A stretch of 63,992 nt of DNA, filler included, from Diploschistes diacapsis (GCA_023645945.1; 5 parts of 5 records of this genome joined end to end with filler, not necessarily neighbours in it); one strand, 5' to 3'. Shown: positions 13,158-26,203, numbered from the whole stretch's first letter. Numbers and translations are program-made. Notes: generated by a model from the sequence alone, not told the origin.

Positions 13158-13921
13158 CGCCGCAGAGCGACGCCGACGCCAACACGAGCGCGGCGCCGCG
13201 CCCGCCGCAGCAGCAGCTGCGCTACATGCAGATCTTCGAGAACAAGGGCGCGGCCATGGGCTGCTCGAACCCGCACCCGCACGGGCAGATCTGGGCGACG
13301 AGCAGCCTGCCGGAGGAGGTGGCGACGGAGCTGGCGCAGCTGGCTCGATACCGCGCCGAGCACGGCGGGCGGCGGCACATGCTGGGCGAGTACGCGGCGC
13401 TGGAGAGCGCGCGGCGGGAGCGCGTCGTGGTCGAGAACGCGGGCTTCGTGGCCGTGTGTCCGTGGTGGGCGACGTGGCCCTTCGAGGTCATGGTCGTGGC
13501 GAGGCGGCACGTGCGCGCGCTGGTGGACCTGACGGAGAAGGAGCGCGGGGAGTTCGCCGAGGTGCTGGCCGAGGTCACGCGGCGGTACGATAACCTGTTC
13601 GAGACGCAGTTCCCGTACAGCATGGGCATCCACCAGGCGCCGCTGCGGGGCAGCGAGGAGGAGGTCGAGAGCAGCTACTTCCATGTGCATTTCTATCCGC
13701 CCTTGCTGAGGAGCGCGACGGTCAGGAAGTTCTTGGTCGGGTGAGTTTTTCTTTTTCTTTTTGTGCTCGGGTGGGGTAAGAGTTTGTTGGGCTGACGGTT
13801 TGTTGTGGGCGCGTAAAGGTATGAACTGTTGGCGGAGCCGCAGCGCGATATCACCCCCGAACAGGCCGCGGCGAGGCTGAGGGGCTGTGGAGGAGAGCTG
13901 TATCGGAAAAAGCTGCAGTAG
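13158..13921 (+). CDS. GAL7: Galactose-1-phosphate uridylyltransferase, 5'-truncated
   Basis: [22 protein letters not shown] (HPH active site) and [32 protein letters not shown]. Intron 13741-13818. Confidence 0.95.
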
Positions 13922-14185
13922 GCCAGGCGCTGGTGCAATAGCCCGATGCCTTTGGGGATAGGTCTGTCTGTAAGCACAAGTGGTGAACCGATGTCATGCA
14001 ATCCCATAGCAAGCAACTTTTGTTGTATCATTGACATAGACATATTCTTGTTCTGACCCACGATGCTCTCTGTTCCCCACAGTCAAAACGACTGCGCTTG
14101 GATGAAATGGATTGCGCCACCCCACGATCCGCTCCGCTGTCCCTGCTCTATAAGGAAGAAAAGAGGGGCGGGAAAAAAGTGGTAT

Positions 14186-15670
14186 CTACGCTGCAAAGAT
14201 TCTAACGCTCAAATCGACGCTGCCCGTCGCAATCACGCACCTAATCGTTTCTTTCGCGCCGCCACCAGGATCATCCTTTTTCGCCGCCCCGTTCACCTCG
14301 CCGTTGGCCGTCGGCCCCTTTGTTGCGCTCGGCGCCCACCGCATGCAGCTAACGAAGTGGTCGTGCGCCTCGTCGATGGTCTTCACGCACTTGCACTCCT
14401 GCGTCAGGTCCCAGCAGCGTATCGTCTTGTCGTCGCTGGAACTGAGCAGGTATTTGCCTCCCGGATGCCAGACGAGAGCTCGGACCCAATTGTCGTGGCC
14501 AACGAGCGTCTTGATGACCGTCCCCCGCGAGTCCCAGACCTTGATGCTCTTGTCCCGGGAGCCCGTAGCTAGGAACTCGCCGGAGCTGCTGGCCGGAGGC
14601 GGCTTCCGTAGCCCTGCCAAGGCGGCCAGATGTGGATATGCGGCTGGTATTGCGAGCGCGCAGCATTCGATGACGTGCTCGTGCCCGAGAAACGTCCCTT
14701 TCACCTCACCCGTCGATGCGTCCCACATGCGCGCCGTTTGGTCGTTGCCCGCAGACAGAAGCCATCGGCCGTCAAAGCTAGGGCATACGTCCCGGACCCA
14801 GTCAACATGGCTGCGGAACGTTTTGACGCAGTATCCCGTGGACACGTCCCAAATCTTCAGGCTCTTGTCTCGCGACGCAGACACTAGAAGATTGCCTGAT
14901 GCTGGTGCGCCCGCTGCCCCGGACGGTATGAAGCGCACGGCGGAGACGGAGTGGTCGTGGCCCGGCAGCGTCCGGATGTTCTTGTACTCGTCGCTCGGAT
15001 CCCAGAGCTTGATCGTGAGGTCGGACGAGCAGGACGCAAGCAGGGTCCCGCCCCTGGGCCCGCCGTAGTCCACGTCCAGTACTGCTTTTGTATGGCCTTT
15101 GACTGTTCGCTCGAGCTCGCCCAGTTCCCAGTCCCAAATCTTAATAGTCGTGTCTTCCGAGCCAGAGGCCAGCGACGAAAATATAGGATGAAACGCGACG
15201 CAAGTAACGGGTAGTCGATGGGAGGTAAGGGAATGCCGCGCCGGCGCTCGCGGCAGCCAGGTCAGCGGGTCTTGGTTCCGTCGCGCAAGCGACGTTGGCG
15301 TGGCAGAGTCCAATTCGGCTTGCAGGGCAGTGTTGCGATTCTCGAGTTCCATAATCTTGAGAATGATAAGCATGCGGACCACGTGGGCGGAGGCCCGCGG
15401 CGCTCCAGCACGAACCTTCTTCTGCAACCTGACCACGCTGGTCCACTTCTTCTCCAAAAGGCCCTCGTATTTCCTGCTAGTGGCGTCATCGAAACCATCG
15501 CCGAGACCCAGTTCCTGTTTCAATGCCGTAGCGCTCTCTGGGTGGCTAGTAGCGCTCAGATATGCTACGATGGCTTTGTGGCTGGTTGCTTTGTTAGAGA
15601 ATCGCTTCTTTATCGGCGCATCCGGTCCTCACAGTTCTTCTGCCTGGCGGGACGTCAAGAGCGAGCTCAT
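14186..15670 (-). CDS. nudF: LIS1/Pac1 nuclear distribution WD40 protein, 3 exons
   Basis: [21 protein letters not shown] (LisH), [20 protein letters not shown] and WD40 repeats. Introns 15582-15632 and 15356-15415. Confidence 0.95.
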
Positions 15671-17119
15671 AGCGTCCGCCGGCTCTCCGTCATGTAGGGA
15701 GGGTTTCCCAATGGCCTCAACGCAGGGGCCTGTGGTAGAGCAGCCGATCACAAGTAATCAAGCTAAAGTCGCGGATATTCGTCAGGTGATCCCCTCTGTG
15801 GTGTATGGCTGACTTTAGAAAAAGTTCGCCCGAGGTCCCCTTTGTTCGGATTTAAGGTTTAGACGGTCTTTGGAAACTAGTTGCTGCCCTAACTAGCAGC
15901 ACGCGGCGGTCAACCTTTCCAAGAGCGCCCAGTGAAGCCTTGCCTTCGCGGATGTATAATTAATGTAATCACCTCCAAGGTTTTCGCTTTGGCAGAGCTT
16001 AAGCATGTGCCGAACGAAGCTTTAGGGGAGCCCTGAAGGCTGAAAGGGGCTCTCAAGGGGATATGGCATATACATACAGCCCTAAGGCAGTGGAGCTTTG
16101 CCAGTGCCAACCCAAAGTCTAGAGGCATGCCCGTTTGTTGATAACAAATACTCTTTGCAATAACTACTTCGAGGGCACTACCCCATTCACAGCTATTGTT
16201 ACCGGGTCTTCTTTTCAATTCTTGAAGTCTGTAGGCACATAGGCCCCCCCTACCCTGACCGTGCAGCCCATGACTGCTCACTTCTCACCAGCCCTTCTTG
16301 GGCCCCGTCTTGCCCGAGTCCTTAACCCCAAAACTAAGCCTAAGGAGCTGCTGTACTTCTTCAGCCGCTTCAGCTCGGCCATACTCCTTTGCAACACTTC
16401 CAGCTTTCCAGTTGCACGCATTCCCCCAGCCGCCGATTTCACCACTCTCTTCAGCAATGCGCTGAAGTTTCATATCGGTGAGAGCGCAGATGATTCTTAA
16501 AGAAGACTCTGAAGCCTTTGAAGCCTTTGAATTAAGCTATCTCTCAACGGTAAGAACGCTGACATCATCGACAAGCTTTTTTAGAGAGACCTGATGCTGG
16601 TTAGTTTATTTATTAAAGATGAGAAGAAGCCATTAATTTTATGAAATCTGGCCTATCGACGGAGGAGCTCAAATTGGGTTTCACCGGGAAGATAATACTG
16701 ATTTGACATGAGCTTTTTACTGAACACTCTCTTTTCCGGCATGAAACACGATAGGGCTAAGTTATCTTGCTCCGTGGCCATGGACATAATAGAAACGTAT
16801 CATAAAGAAAGGATCCAGCTTTCTGTTCGTCCACAAGATACTGAAGAACAAAATTGACAGTGTTATAAGCAGAGGTAAGAAGACGCTCAGAAGAATTATG
16901 TACCAGACTTAGTTGCTTGGCTTGCTGAAGAGTTCGGCCACAATTAAAAACTTATATATACCTGGGAGCTCCCGCCCCGGCTTTCTCTCATAAAAGCTTT
17001 CGATATAGACGGTCCGGGACATAATACGATCATCATCACTTGAAGTAACTTAACCTTCTTGAATGATTTTCGAATATCCTTCACGCGTCTGCTCAGCAAC
17101 TCGGATAAAAGGTACTAGA

Positions 17120-18220
17120 CAAACCAAAAAAATTCATGTGCACGCCGTCAATGGCGGCTTATAACAGGGTTAAATACCCTTTGCTTGTCTTGAGCAGATA
17201 TCTCTACTGTTCTAAAACAGTAACCCTTAAGTCTCCGGGCTTGGCCAGTTTGTGTTCGCATTGTTCAATTTCTGCCTCGATATCCTCGAGAATACTCAAC
17301 TGTATAAAGACCTGATCACGTAAAACATAACTCCAACGTAGCTTCAATTCCTTCACGCCAAGCTGCGATGCCTCGAAAAAAACCCCTGAACTCATTTTTG
17401 AAAAATATCTGTCTCGGTTTTATCTCGCTTGGCTATCGAAGCGACGCGTTTCGCATGATTTCTATTCCGCAGCACATGCCATCCTAGTCCAAATTTAACG
17501 TCCTTGTCCTGAGTAAGCTCAACGTAGAAAGGCTCATTGTCAGAACCTTCATCGAAGGTATTAGGCTTGGTAATCAGGCCTAGTTTCCTGATGCCCTCAG
17601 GATCCAGGGGCCCGAGTATGGCGAGTAACTTGCTGAAGAGCAAATCGCTTTTGCAGAGGCGACATTCAAGATGATGCTTCGTGGTTTTTTCATGTAAGGG
17701 AGGGTAAAAGACTCGACGAGCTTCGAGTCCTCTTCCGTCTGATCCTTGTTGCCGGCCAAAAAGAGACCAGGTAGATTACCCATGATGAACTGCGGCTGGG
17801 ACGGTCCCAAGAGCTTTTATGCGAAGGACGTTAGTGCTGAAGATCTTATCGTTTTTGCTCAAGCACATGGCATCTTTGGCTTTCTTAATAACCTCGCCGA
17901 TGTCCAGGTCATAATGGGTATGTTTTAAAGCCATTGAGCATCTTCTTCTCTTTTTGCCAACGGTCGAGACCAGGGAAGCTGTGGATTTCGGCACCTACGG
18001 AAGAGCTGTAGCGGAGTACAAGCTGTCGCAAATCGAGGGCATAGGTTTGTCTTTGGTAGGAAATGACATGCGAGAAATTGCTTTGAGGACCGAACTTTTG
18101 CCAGAGAACTGGTCGCTGCAGATAATGATTTAAGGCAAGTCCATGAATCTGCTGTTTCCTTGAGAACGAAGTTTGTTAATGCTGTCGGGCAGGTCCCTGC
18201 CACTACCATCTCCGTACATA
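17120..18220 (-). pseudogene. Dynamin/Mx-like GTPase pseudogene
   Basis: Collinear fragments lie in shifting frames with stops: KLRSQGNSRFMDLP*IIICSDQFSGKSSVLKAIS (G1), NLCPRFAT (G2), NLPGLFLAGNKDQ (G3 region), LGLITKPN (G4), LGWHVLRNR, EQ*RYLL. Confidence 0.85.
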
Positions 18221-18974
18221 AGCGCAGTATTTGGGTTCATCTTGATATGCTAAGAGTTGATGAATCACTGGGAAGGTGAAAGAGTTGGTAAAAGAGTCGA
18301 AATGAGGTTAGAATGAAAGACGTTATGGATAAAAGGAGTAGCGTGAAGAATGGCATGAGCAATGATTGTATGGCCATCAACCGTTGACCGCCTAATGCAA
18401 GCTTCCCGCAAACATCAATGGGCAAAGAACAGCAATAGTCTGTCCCTGTGATCTGAGATTAGTCTATGATTATGGAGAGGCTTTGCAGAAGAGTTGAAGA
18501 CTGAGGTCGCATTCAGGCCCATTGGCTTGCCTGTGGTAAGAAATGGACTATCCTAAGCTCAAAGCGTCTCACTGACCCCTTGCTTGTGTGGCACCACAGC
18601 TAACCTTTGAACCTTTGTTCTGGGATCACTTCGTAAAGAAAGACAGAAGCTTTTCTCTCGATATGCATGCGCAACCTTAGTTTGTCCAGAGTCAACTATA
18701 CCTCCTATTGATACAAGCACACACAGAATAACAATTGCGTGTTGTAACCCACTAATAGCCTTGGAGCGATTTCCATCAAATCGCCTTGCTTTCAATACTT
18801 ATAGAAGCTTCTGCGCTCGTCTTTCAATTCCAACCAACGTTTGTGAACCCTCCCCTGCCCAACCTTCAAACCCTTCGTCGGCATCCGTGCTCGGTGCAAG
18901 CCTGCGAAGGTGGAGTGTAGCGCTGATTTACTGCCCATGTCATCGTCTATGCCACTAATCCGCTCGCGCATTAG

Positions 18975-20818
18975 ATGAATCAGGCCTCAGACTTTGCTTC
19001 AACCCGCCGAAAGAACCCCACTTCGAGGAAACCGCAAGGCCTGTTGCCTAAGCAAGCTACTAAATCGTCTACAAGGATAGCTGAGCGAGCGGCTCAGAAA
19101 AGTGTTAGCCAGAATCAAACACCTGCCACTGCAGAAACAAAAACTTCGGCGCCGGGATACAAACTGAGAAATACCGCAAGTCGAATTGCGAGAAGCTCCA
19201 AGAATAAAGAGTCTCAGAAGCCGAAGGCTACCCAACGAAGATCGAGAACTGCAAGACCCAGACAGCCGGCGGAGAAGGCTGCTGGGACAGGAGGCTCTGC
19301 CACTAAGGTAAGGCATTTTCCCGCTAGTTGACTCTGTATTAACACGGCTAGGTCTCCAAGTTCGATACCTGGATCAAGGAACTAGAGCCTGGGAAACCTC
19401 CAGCTCGTCCTCCACGCAAGCCAAAGGACACGCTAAATATATCAGGTTCTTTCTCCAGAACAGGCTCCGGATGCGCCACCACACAGTCCTCTTCGACAAT
19501 GACTGCACGGTCAGTAAAGACGACTTCGAAAATGACTGCTAGCAACCTCATGAACCATGGAATCTTGGTAGAACACGACAAGACCCATCCGGATAAACTC
19601 AAGCAGGATCTCAAGACGAGGCTGGTAACAAGGATTCCGCGAGAGCCTGCTCAAACCTTGGAGCCATTGATTGAAGCCCTAAAGAAAGCCATTCCGAGCA
19701 ATTCCAATGATTTGAAAGAACGCGTCTATTCATGGCTAGATGAATTGCGATATCAGCTGGACGAATGCGCTTGCCTGACTTTCCACCCATTCACTCATCA
19801 ACGCTACTTCAAGTACCAGCTCGAGAAATGCAAGGCGAGGAACGAGCATTTCCTGCAGAGAACTGTGATGATGAGCATATTCCAACCGTATTGGCTTCCA
19901 AGAACTTTTGACTGGAACGTAGAAGGGCAATGGCAACATGACAAGGGAGCTGGGCCCTTTGCCTCCTCAAGTCAAAAAGGAGCCTTAACAAAGGCCCAGG
20001 AAAAGCTCGGCTCAATACCTCGCCCCAAACCTGATATGGCTTTTGCCTTCAGTCGTGAAACTTTCATGAGCCCAACAGAAGAGGTACGACTTCCGATGGA
20101 TCTCAGATTGGCCATGAAGCCAGACGACAGCAATCAGGTTTTCCCTTTTCTATTCATAGAAGTCAAGAAAGGCTACATTGGTATTGAAGAAGCAAAGTTG
20201 AAGAACCTTAATAACGCTGCTCGAGCCTTGTACAACATCCAACGATGGTTCAAGAAAGCCGAAGACGACGACGGTAGCCAAGACTGGAAAGCGTCTTTTC
20301 TAGACATACGGGTTTTCAGCTTCGCTTTCAACGCAGACAATCTCGTGGTGAGAATGCATCGAGCTGAGCCTGAGTCCCTGTCCCAGGACCCTCTATTCTA
20401 TTTCGAGGAATTGTTTTCTCAGAAGCCTTACACGAGAAATCAAATATGTACCCTTTTCAACAACATTCTGAACGATTATGCTGCTAACGATCTCCGCACC
20501 TCTCTAGAGGCTGTCTTCCAAGCCGTCTTCAACAGCATCGGAGCGACAAGGGACCGGAGTAGCCAAGTAAGGGAACGGGCGACCAGTGCCGGGGAGGATG
20601 ATAGTGGTAATGCTGACGAGGACGACTATTATCTTCATGATAGTGACGATGCAGACAATGACAGTAATAGCGAGGGCGGAGTCTTTTCTTCATTTCCAGG
20701 GCCTGGTGGAAGGAACAGTAGCGTGCAAACGAAGCGCAAGGCGGCCCAGCGAGCTAGCGGCGCTCCAGGAACAAAACGAGCGAAGTCGCTGCGCTCAGCT
20801 CGGAATTCCAAAGATTGA
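18975..20818 (+). CDS. Hypothetical protein with a basic low-complexity N-terminus and a PD-(D/E)XK restriction-endonuclease-like domain, 2 exons
   Basis: Intron 19308-19351 (GTAAGG...TTAAC...TAG) joins ORFs 18975 and 19499 in frame. Motif PKPDMAFAF...FPFLFIEVK...KNLNNAARAL. The tail is acidic, then basic and NLS-like. Confidence 0.6.
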
Positions 20819-21132
20819 ACGATGAAAGACATTTCAAAGGGGGTACTAAATGCAGAGATGGACACGAACCTCGACGCTCAGCAGGCAAAGAAAGGTTTTC
20901 GGCCTTGGCTTAGCAGGTCGCAATGCAATGCGGGGTAATAAGGACGCTGTGTGACAATATTTGAAAAGTTGTCCTTTATCACATTACTATTATACAGCGA
21001 CTAGCCATCCCGACGAGTCAAATATGAGGTTCCAGGTTTCTGGGCTGCTAAGGGGGGATGTCGAAGGTAGTAGCCAAACTAGCCGCTTTAGGATTAAGCC
21101 AGGTTGCCAAGCCTGGAGTGAAGAATATTTCG

Positions 21133-21165
21133 TGTCGACGGTGGGAATCGAACCCACGACCTTCT
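21133..21165 (-). other. tRNA-derived 3' fragment (T-arm plus 3' acceptor strand)
   Basis: The minus strand reads AAGGTC-GTGGG-TTCGATT-CCCAC-CGTCGACA: a perfect T-stem/loop containing a Pol III B-box. I found no convincing D-arm, anticodon arm or 5' acceptor strand. Confidence 0.55.
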
Positions 21166-24100
21166 TCGAAGAAAAGGCCTAATCTACATCATCACCAGTC
21201 CCAGGCCTCCCGGTCCTTCAATCGTGATTACGGGCCTTGATGTCTCCCTATACCCCGTCAAAGTAACTATCGGCCCGAAGGAAGGCGTAGCAAGATCTTT
21301 GGGTGCTGGAAGCTCTTCCTATCTTGACTTACTCGAAAAAAAATGGGAAAATACTTTAAGTATCCCGCTAAGGAAAGAAGAAGACGGACAAAAACTACAG
21401 GTTGCTTGATGAGGCCGAAGTCGGAATGTACAGCATCCCCCAGGCCCGCCATCCTAGAATTCTGGAAATGTTTCGGTCTTAACGCAGACGGTCTTCAGCT
21501 CCCAGTTCGCCCTACAGGGGAACGGTCGACGGGTGTTCCCGAACCATCGGCAAAGCAGAGGCTCAAATGGGGTGTTATGAGGCGGCTAGAGCCCGTTGCG
21601 TACTGTACGGCTCATTCTAAAAACATCATACACTGCGAAAACCGCTGCAAGGAATCTTCTACTGGCTCTCCGATTTTCAAAAGCTGCCTGAAAGGACCCA
21701 TCAATAACTTAACGCTGCTCGATGGCACCGCACCAAAATATATCAAATCCTATCTTCCTCGCCTCTTTAATAATAGTAACAACGAAAGATTCGCTCTTGA
21801 GGTAACAACCTTCTATAAATTTCATCACCAAACATGAACCCTATCCCAAGCTAGATAGTTTCGAAGATGACGAGGAAATTGCACGCCGTTTCAACCTTGC
21901 CGAATTTACCTCGTACAGATACTCTTCCAGCCGGGGATGTGATCCGCAAATGTTGGATACAAGCCCATCAACATGCCAATGAATGCTTGAAGAATATGAA
22001 AGCACTGCAAGAGCAGGCCGAATGAAGCTTTCCCTTATGAACTGTTCCATGGAATTGGTGTACGACTATCGATTCAACTTCTTGTAGATTCCAATGACTC
22101 CCGTGAGAATGGCACGGTACGAACAGTGATCCATAGCAAAGTCCCGATACATCCTTAATGATATATAGCTTGCATCGGGCATCCGTCGACTAACTCCAGT
22201 ATCTGCAATGGAGTCGATCGGAGAAGCACAGTCCACCTTTCGCCAATGTACTGATCAGCTGTCTCAGACGCCGTTCGTGGGCGCATTGCACTTTGGGCAA
22301 TCGCCATTACGATTGTTGCCAGACGCTTGAAAATTTTCGGGCCAAGGCTGGGTGCAGGGAGGTGTGTTGTTGATAGGCTCCCGGTCTATCGACTGATGCT
22401 TTGGGGTTTTGGGGCACTTTTGCCACTTGGCTGCTGTCACAAGGACTTCGGCACTTTTTGGTTTGCGTCCACGTGCGGTAGATGAAAGCATGCTGGATGG
22501 ACAGTGCCAAAGTGATAGTGTCAAAGCAAGCTAGAAGCAGCAGAGGATCTCTCTAAATAAACTATCTCGACGCTATTCCGGAGAAGCGCTTCAATGCTAC
22601 GAACTTGCTTTTAAAAGGATCGCGAAGAGCCTGCATTAAGTGGACGCAAATGCTTTCGACAAGCATGTGCTGGACGCTTGCTCTTCTCTCAGCCCAGTCG
22701 AGATGCATGGTTGTGCATTCCTTGAATTACGGTGCGTCTTCGCTGGGAAGGAGAGGGTCATGGGCCGCCTCCGTATTCGCTTTTGATGCTGCAGCAAACC
22801 TTCTGCATGTTTGTTGCTATTGATCGGGCAGGCTGCAGAGCCTTTACTTGGTAGCTTTCCTTCTTAGAGATATTCGGCTTGCAGCTGCCGGTTGCCATAT
22901 TCTCTAGTATGTGCGAATACTTTGTGGTTGCCTGGACGGCGGGACCCACTTGATTGGCAGACGACTTGGTCCTGCATACCTACCAAAGTGAGGATCTAGC
23001 TCGATGACGTTGGAGGCGAGGATGGCAGAGAGGCGCGGATGAGGCTCGATCGACTCGCTACTCTCCTAATACTGTGTCAGTAATCTTTGACTCGTAGCTA
23101 TGGTCAGATGAATTGTTTAGCAAGGGCTTTGGATGGCGACTTACGACGGCCGACCCTGCGAGTTTCGCGTATGCATGTGTAGGCACAAGCATGACCACCG
23201 GTTAGCCGTTCAACGACACGAATGCCTTACATTGCCTCTTCTGCGCATGAATGCCTTTCAATAGTGGCAGCTGATGAACTGACGGACCCCATGTCTTTCC
23301 ATGCATTAGTTGACAGCCTTGTGCCTTTTAGACCTCCCGATGGACAATTTCTGTCTGATGAGCTGGCAGACCATGGTGTGCTTATGTTGTTCAGCACCTC
23401 AACGTCTGTCCTCCTCCTAATTCTGAAAAGGCCTCATAGCAGCACACTGGCCATGGCGAGGGTTGCACCGAAGTGACGAAACTCACAACGAAAAAGCATA
23501 TTATGAACGCTGCAGAACGAGCAACACTCCGGAGCCTTTCATCCACCTTGGTCTCTGGCGTCTTCATAGCTCGGATGCTCTTCAGACTGACAATAAAAGG
23601 GCATAAGTCGAGGGGGAACACAGATAGTAAAATGCGCGAATGATTTTTGGGAGGGTCATGCTGAAGGACGATATCTTTTCGCAAGGTTATGCGACAGCTT
23701 GACGTCGGAAGTTCTGGGAAATGCAATAACAATGGGCACAAGCTGTCGCCCTAAGTCATTGGTTGATTTGTCTGTTAATGTGAGAGACCACGTTATGCAC
23801 AGCTTCAGGGAAGTGTTTAGGCAAGAGGAGCTATTGAAAAAACAATCCTAATACAATGGCTGAAGATTTTACATAGTATCAGAAAGGATGATGACTTGTT
23901 GGTATGGGAACCCTCAGGAAATGTGATATCATGTGACATTCTGGACCAAAACTATGAATGTAGTTTAGCTTAGCTTTAGTCAGCTGAAGTAGAGGCTTTA
24001 AAGTTTCTCGCTGCTGTGGCTTTATCGGATATTGCGTAGAAAGTTCCCTGAGCTCGGGTGTTAAGGCGGCGAGCTTGCGCCAAGACCCTTTTGTTGACTT

Positions 24101-24326
24101 CAGAACAAACACAGTTATTTGAACGTCCAGTCTAGTAGCAACGTCTTTCACGTAGTTACGATATTTTCTCGTCTAGGCAGCCTACCCAGAGTCTTGGAGG
24201 CTATAGTACGTGCCGGTTTCGAATCACACTAGGCACTTTTATTATAAGAAACCCAGCATCCACTACAATTTCCGTCTATCTATCCTCCCTTGACGAATGA
24301 GAACTTGAAAACCGACGCGTAACAAT

Positions 24327-26203
24327 ATGGCGGATCAAGAGGAAGACCCCAGCTCTTTGCCTTTACCAGACCGCTTTACACACAAGAACTGGAAAGTGCG
24401 AAAAGAAGGCTATGAAGAAGCAGCAAAGGAGTTTGAGAAGACTCCGGACGAGTCCGCACCGGTTTTTCGTCCTTTTCTGTCGGATTCTAGCTTGATGAAA
24501 GGAGCTGTGGCGGATTCAAATGTCGCAGCACAGCAGGAGGGTCTAGGCGCTTTATGTGCGTTTCTCAAATACGGTGGAAAAGAGCATGCGCAAAGAACAC
24601 GAAGTGCGACGATACCTACGATTCTAGAAAAAGGACTTCCGTCAACAAGAGCAGCGGCAAAGCAGAATGCTCTTGAGGCATTAATGTTGTACGTTGAGGT
24701 AGACAAGGCCGATGCTGTTGTCGAAGACATTATACCGATTCTGTCAAACAAACAGCCAAAAGTGATTGCAGCAGCATTATCAGCTTTGAAACAATTGTTT
24801 CACGCCTATGGCGTAAAGATTATCGACCCAAAGCCCGTTCTCAAGGCAATGCCCAAGATTTTTGGTCATGCTGACAAGAATGTCAGAGCCGAAGCTCAGA
24901 ACCTAATTGTAGAGCTATATAGGTGGCTGAAAGATGCCATCAAGTCCTTGTTCTGGGGGGATCTGAAACCTGTACAGCAGCAAGATTTGGAAAAGCTCTT
25001 CGAGCCTGTAAAAGCCGAGCCGCCGCCAAAGCAAGAAAGACTCCTCAGATCGCAACAAGCAGCAGCGGCGGTAGCACCCAGCGCAGGCGCTGATGAGGGA
25101 GCTGAGGAAGTTGGGGAAGAAGAAGCAGCTGAGGAAGAGGAAATCAGCCTTTCTGAGCCCATCGATGTGTATAGTAAGCTTCCGAAAGACTTTCACGAAA
25201 GGATAGCATCTTCCAAATGGAAAGACAGGAAAGAAGCTCTGGACGACTTCTACACAATCGCAAACATAGAGCGTATTCAAGAAGGGCCCTTCGACGATGT
25301 CATAGCCGCTCTAGCAAAATCAATGAAAGACGCGAATATAGCTGTCGTCACAGTGGCTGCGAACTGTGTCGAAGTTTTGGCCAAGGGTCTGAAAAGGAGC
25401 TTTGCGAGATATCGGGGGAAAATAATGGCTCCAATGCTTGAGCGCTGCAAAGAGAAGAAACAGTCTGTAGCAGATGCTCTCGGTGCTGCATTGGACGCGG
25501 TCTTCATGTCAACGAGTCTCGCCGAATGCTTAGAAGAAATTCTTGAGTTCTTGAAACACAAAAATCCACAAATCAAGCTTGAAACGCTTCGGTTCCTGAT
25601 AAGGTGTTTGAAGACGACGCGGGATGCCCCATCCCCTGGAGAAACCAAGGCCATAGCCGATGCAGCTACTAAAATGTTGACCGAGTCCACAGAAGTGACT
25701 CGATCCGGTGGTGCCGAAGTACTAGGTACACTGATGAAGATCATGGGAGAAAGGGCAATGAACCCGTATCTGGATGGCTTAGACGACATTCGCAAAACCA
25801 AAATCAAGGAGTACTTTGAAACCGCTGAAGTAAAAGCGAAGAACAAGCCCAAGCCCGTCGCTCCTCCACCCAAAGCCGCACCAGCAGCTGGGATGAAGAA
25901 AGCTCCAGCAAAGAAAGCACCCAGCTCAACTGTGAAGAAGCCCTTCGCACCATCCCCGGCTCCTGTCGAAGAGCCTCCACCATCAGCACCAGCGCCAGTT
26001 GCCAAAACCCTCACCCGCCCCGGCGCCGGCGGCTCCAAACTCGCCGGACCCCCTAAATCCGGCCTCGCAGCACCCGGCGTGGGCCTAAAGCCACCAGGCA
26101 AGCTCGCTCGCCCCGGTGGCCTTTCCTCGGCCCCTCCCGCCGCCTCTCCCAAACGCAACATCTCCCCACAAACTATAGACGATGATATTCCTCCTGCCCC
26201 GAC
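24327..26203 (+). CDS. STU2: XMAP215/Dis1-family TOG-domain microtubule polymerase (Stu2/Alp14), 3'-truncated
   Basis: TOG1 HKNWKVRKEGYE and TOG2 SSKWKDRKEAL, HEAT repeats, and a basic Pro/Lys-rich linker. The ORF runs into the linker. Confidence 0.93.

Noticed and set aside
13106..13690. Long antisense/alternative-frame ORFs over GAL7 (also over nudF, STU2, the acyltransferase and the CorA-like gene, e.g. 51096-52523)
   Set aside because: These are shadow ORFs caused by high GC3 codon bias. Several run into Ns and show no independent motifs.
13158..13921. GAL gene cluster
   Set aside because: Only GAL7 is present. Its downstream neighbour is nudF and the upstream side is cut by the contig end.
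15910..16500. Overlapping short ORFs upstream of nudF
   Set aside because: No recognisable motifs or consistent gene model. It may be a relic, but that cannot be supported.
22264..22524. Small Cys-containing ORF (…KWQKCPK…GDCPKCNAP)
   Set aside because: No ATG start or convincing splice model and no recognisable family, so I cannot support it as a gene.
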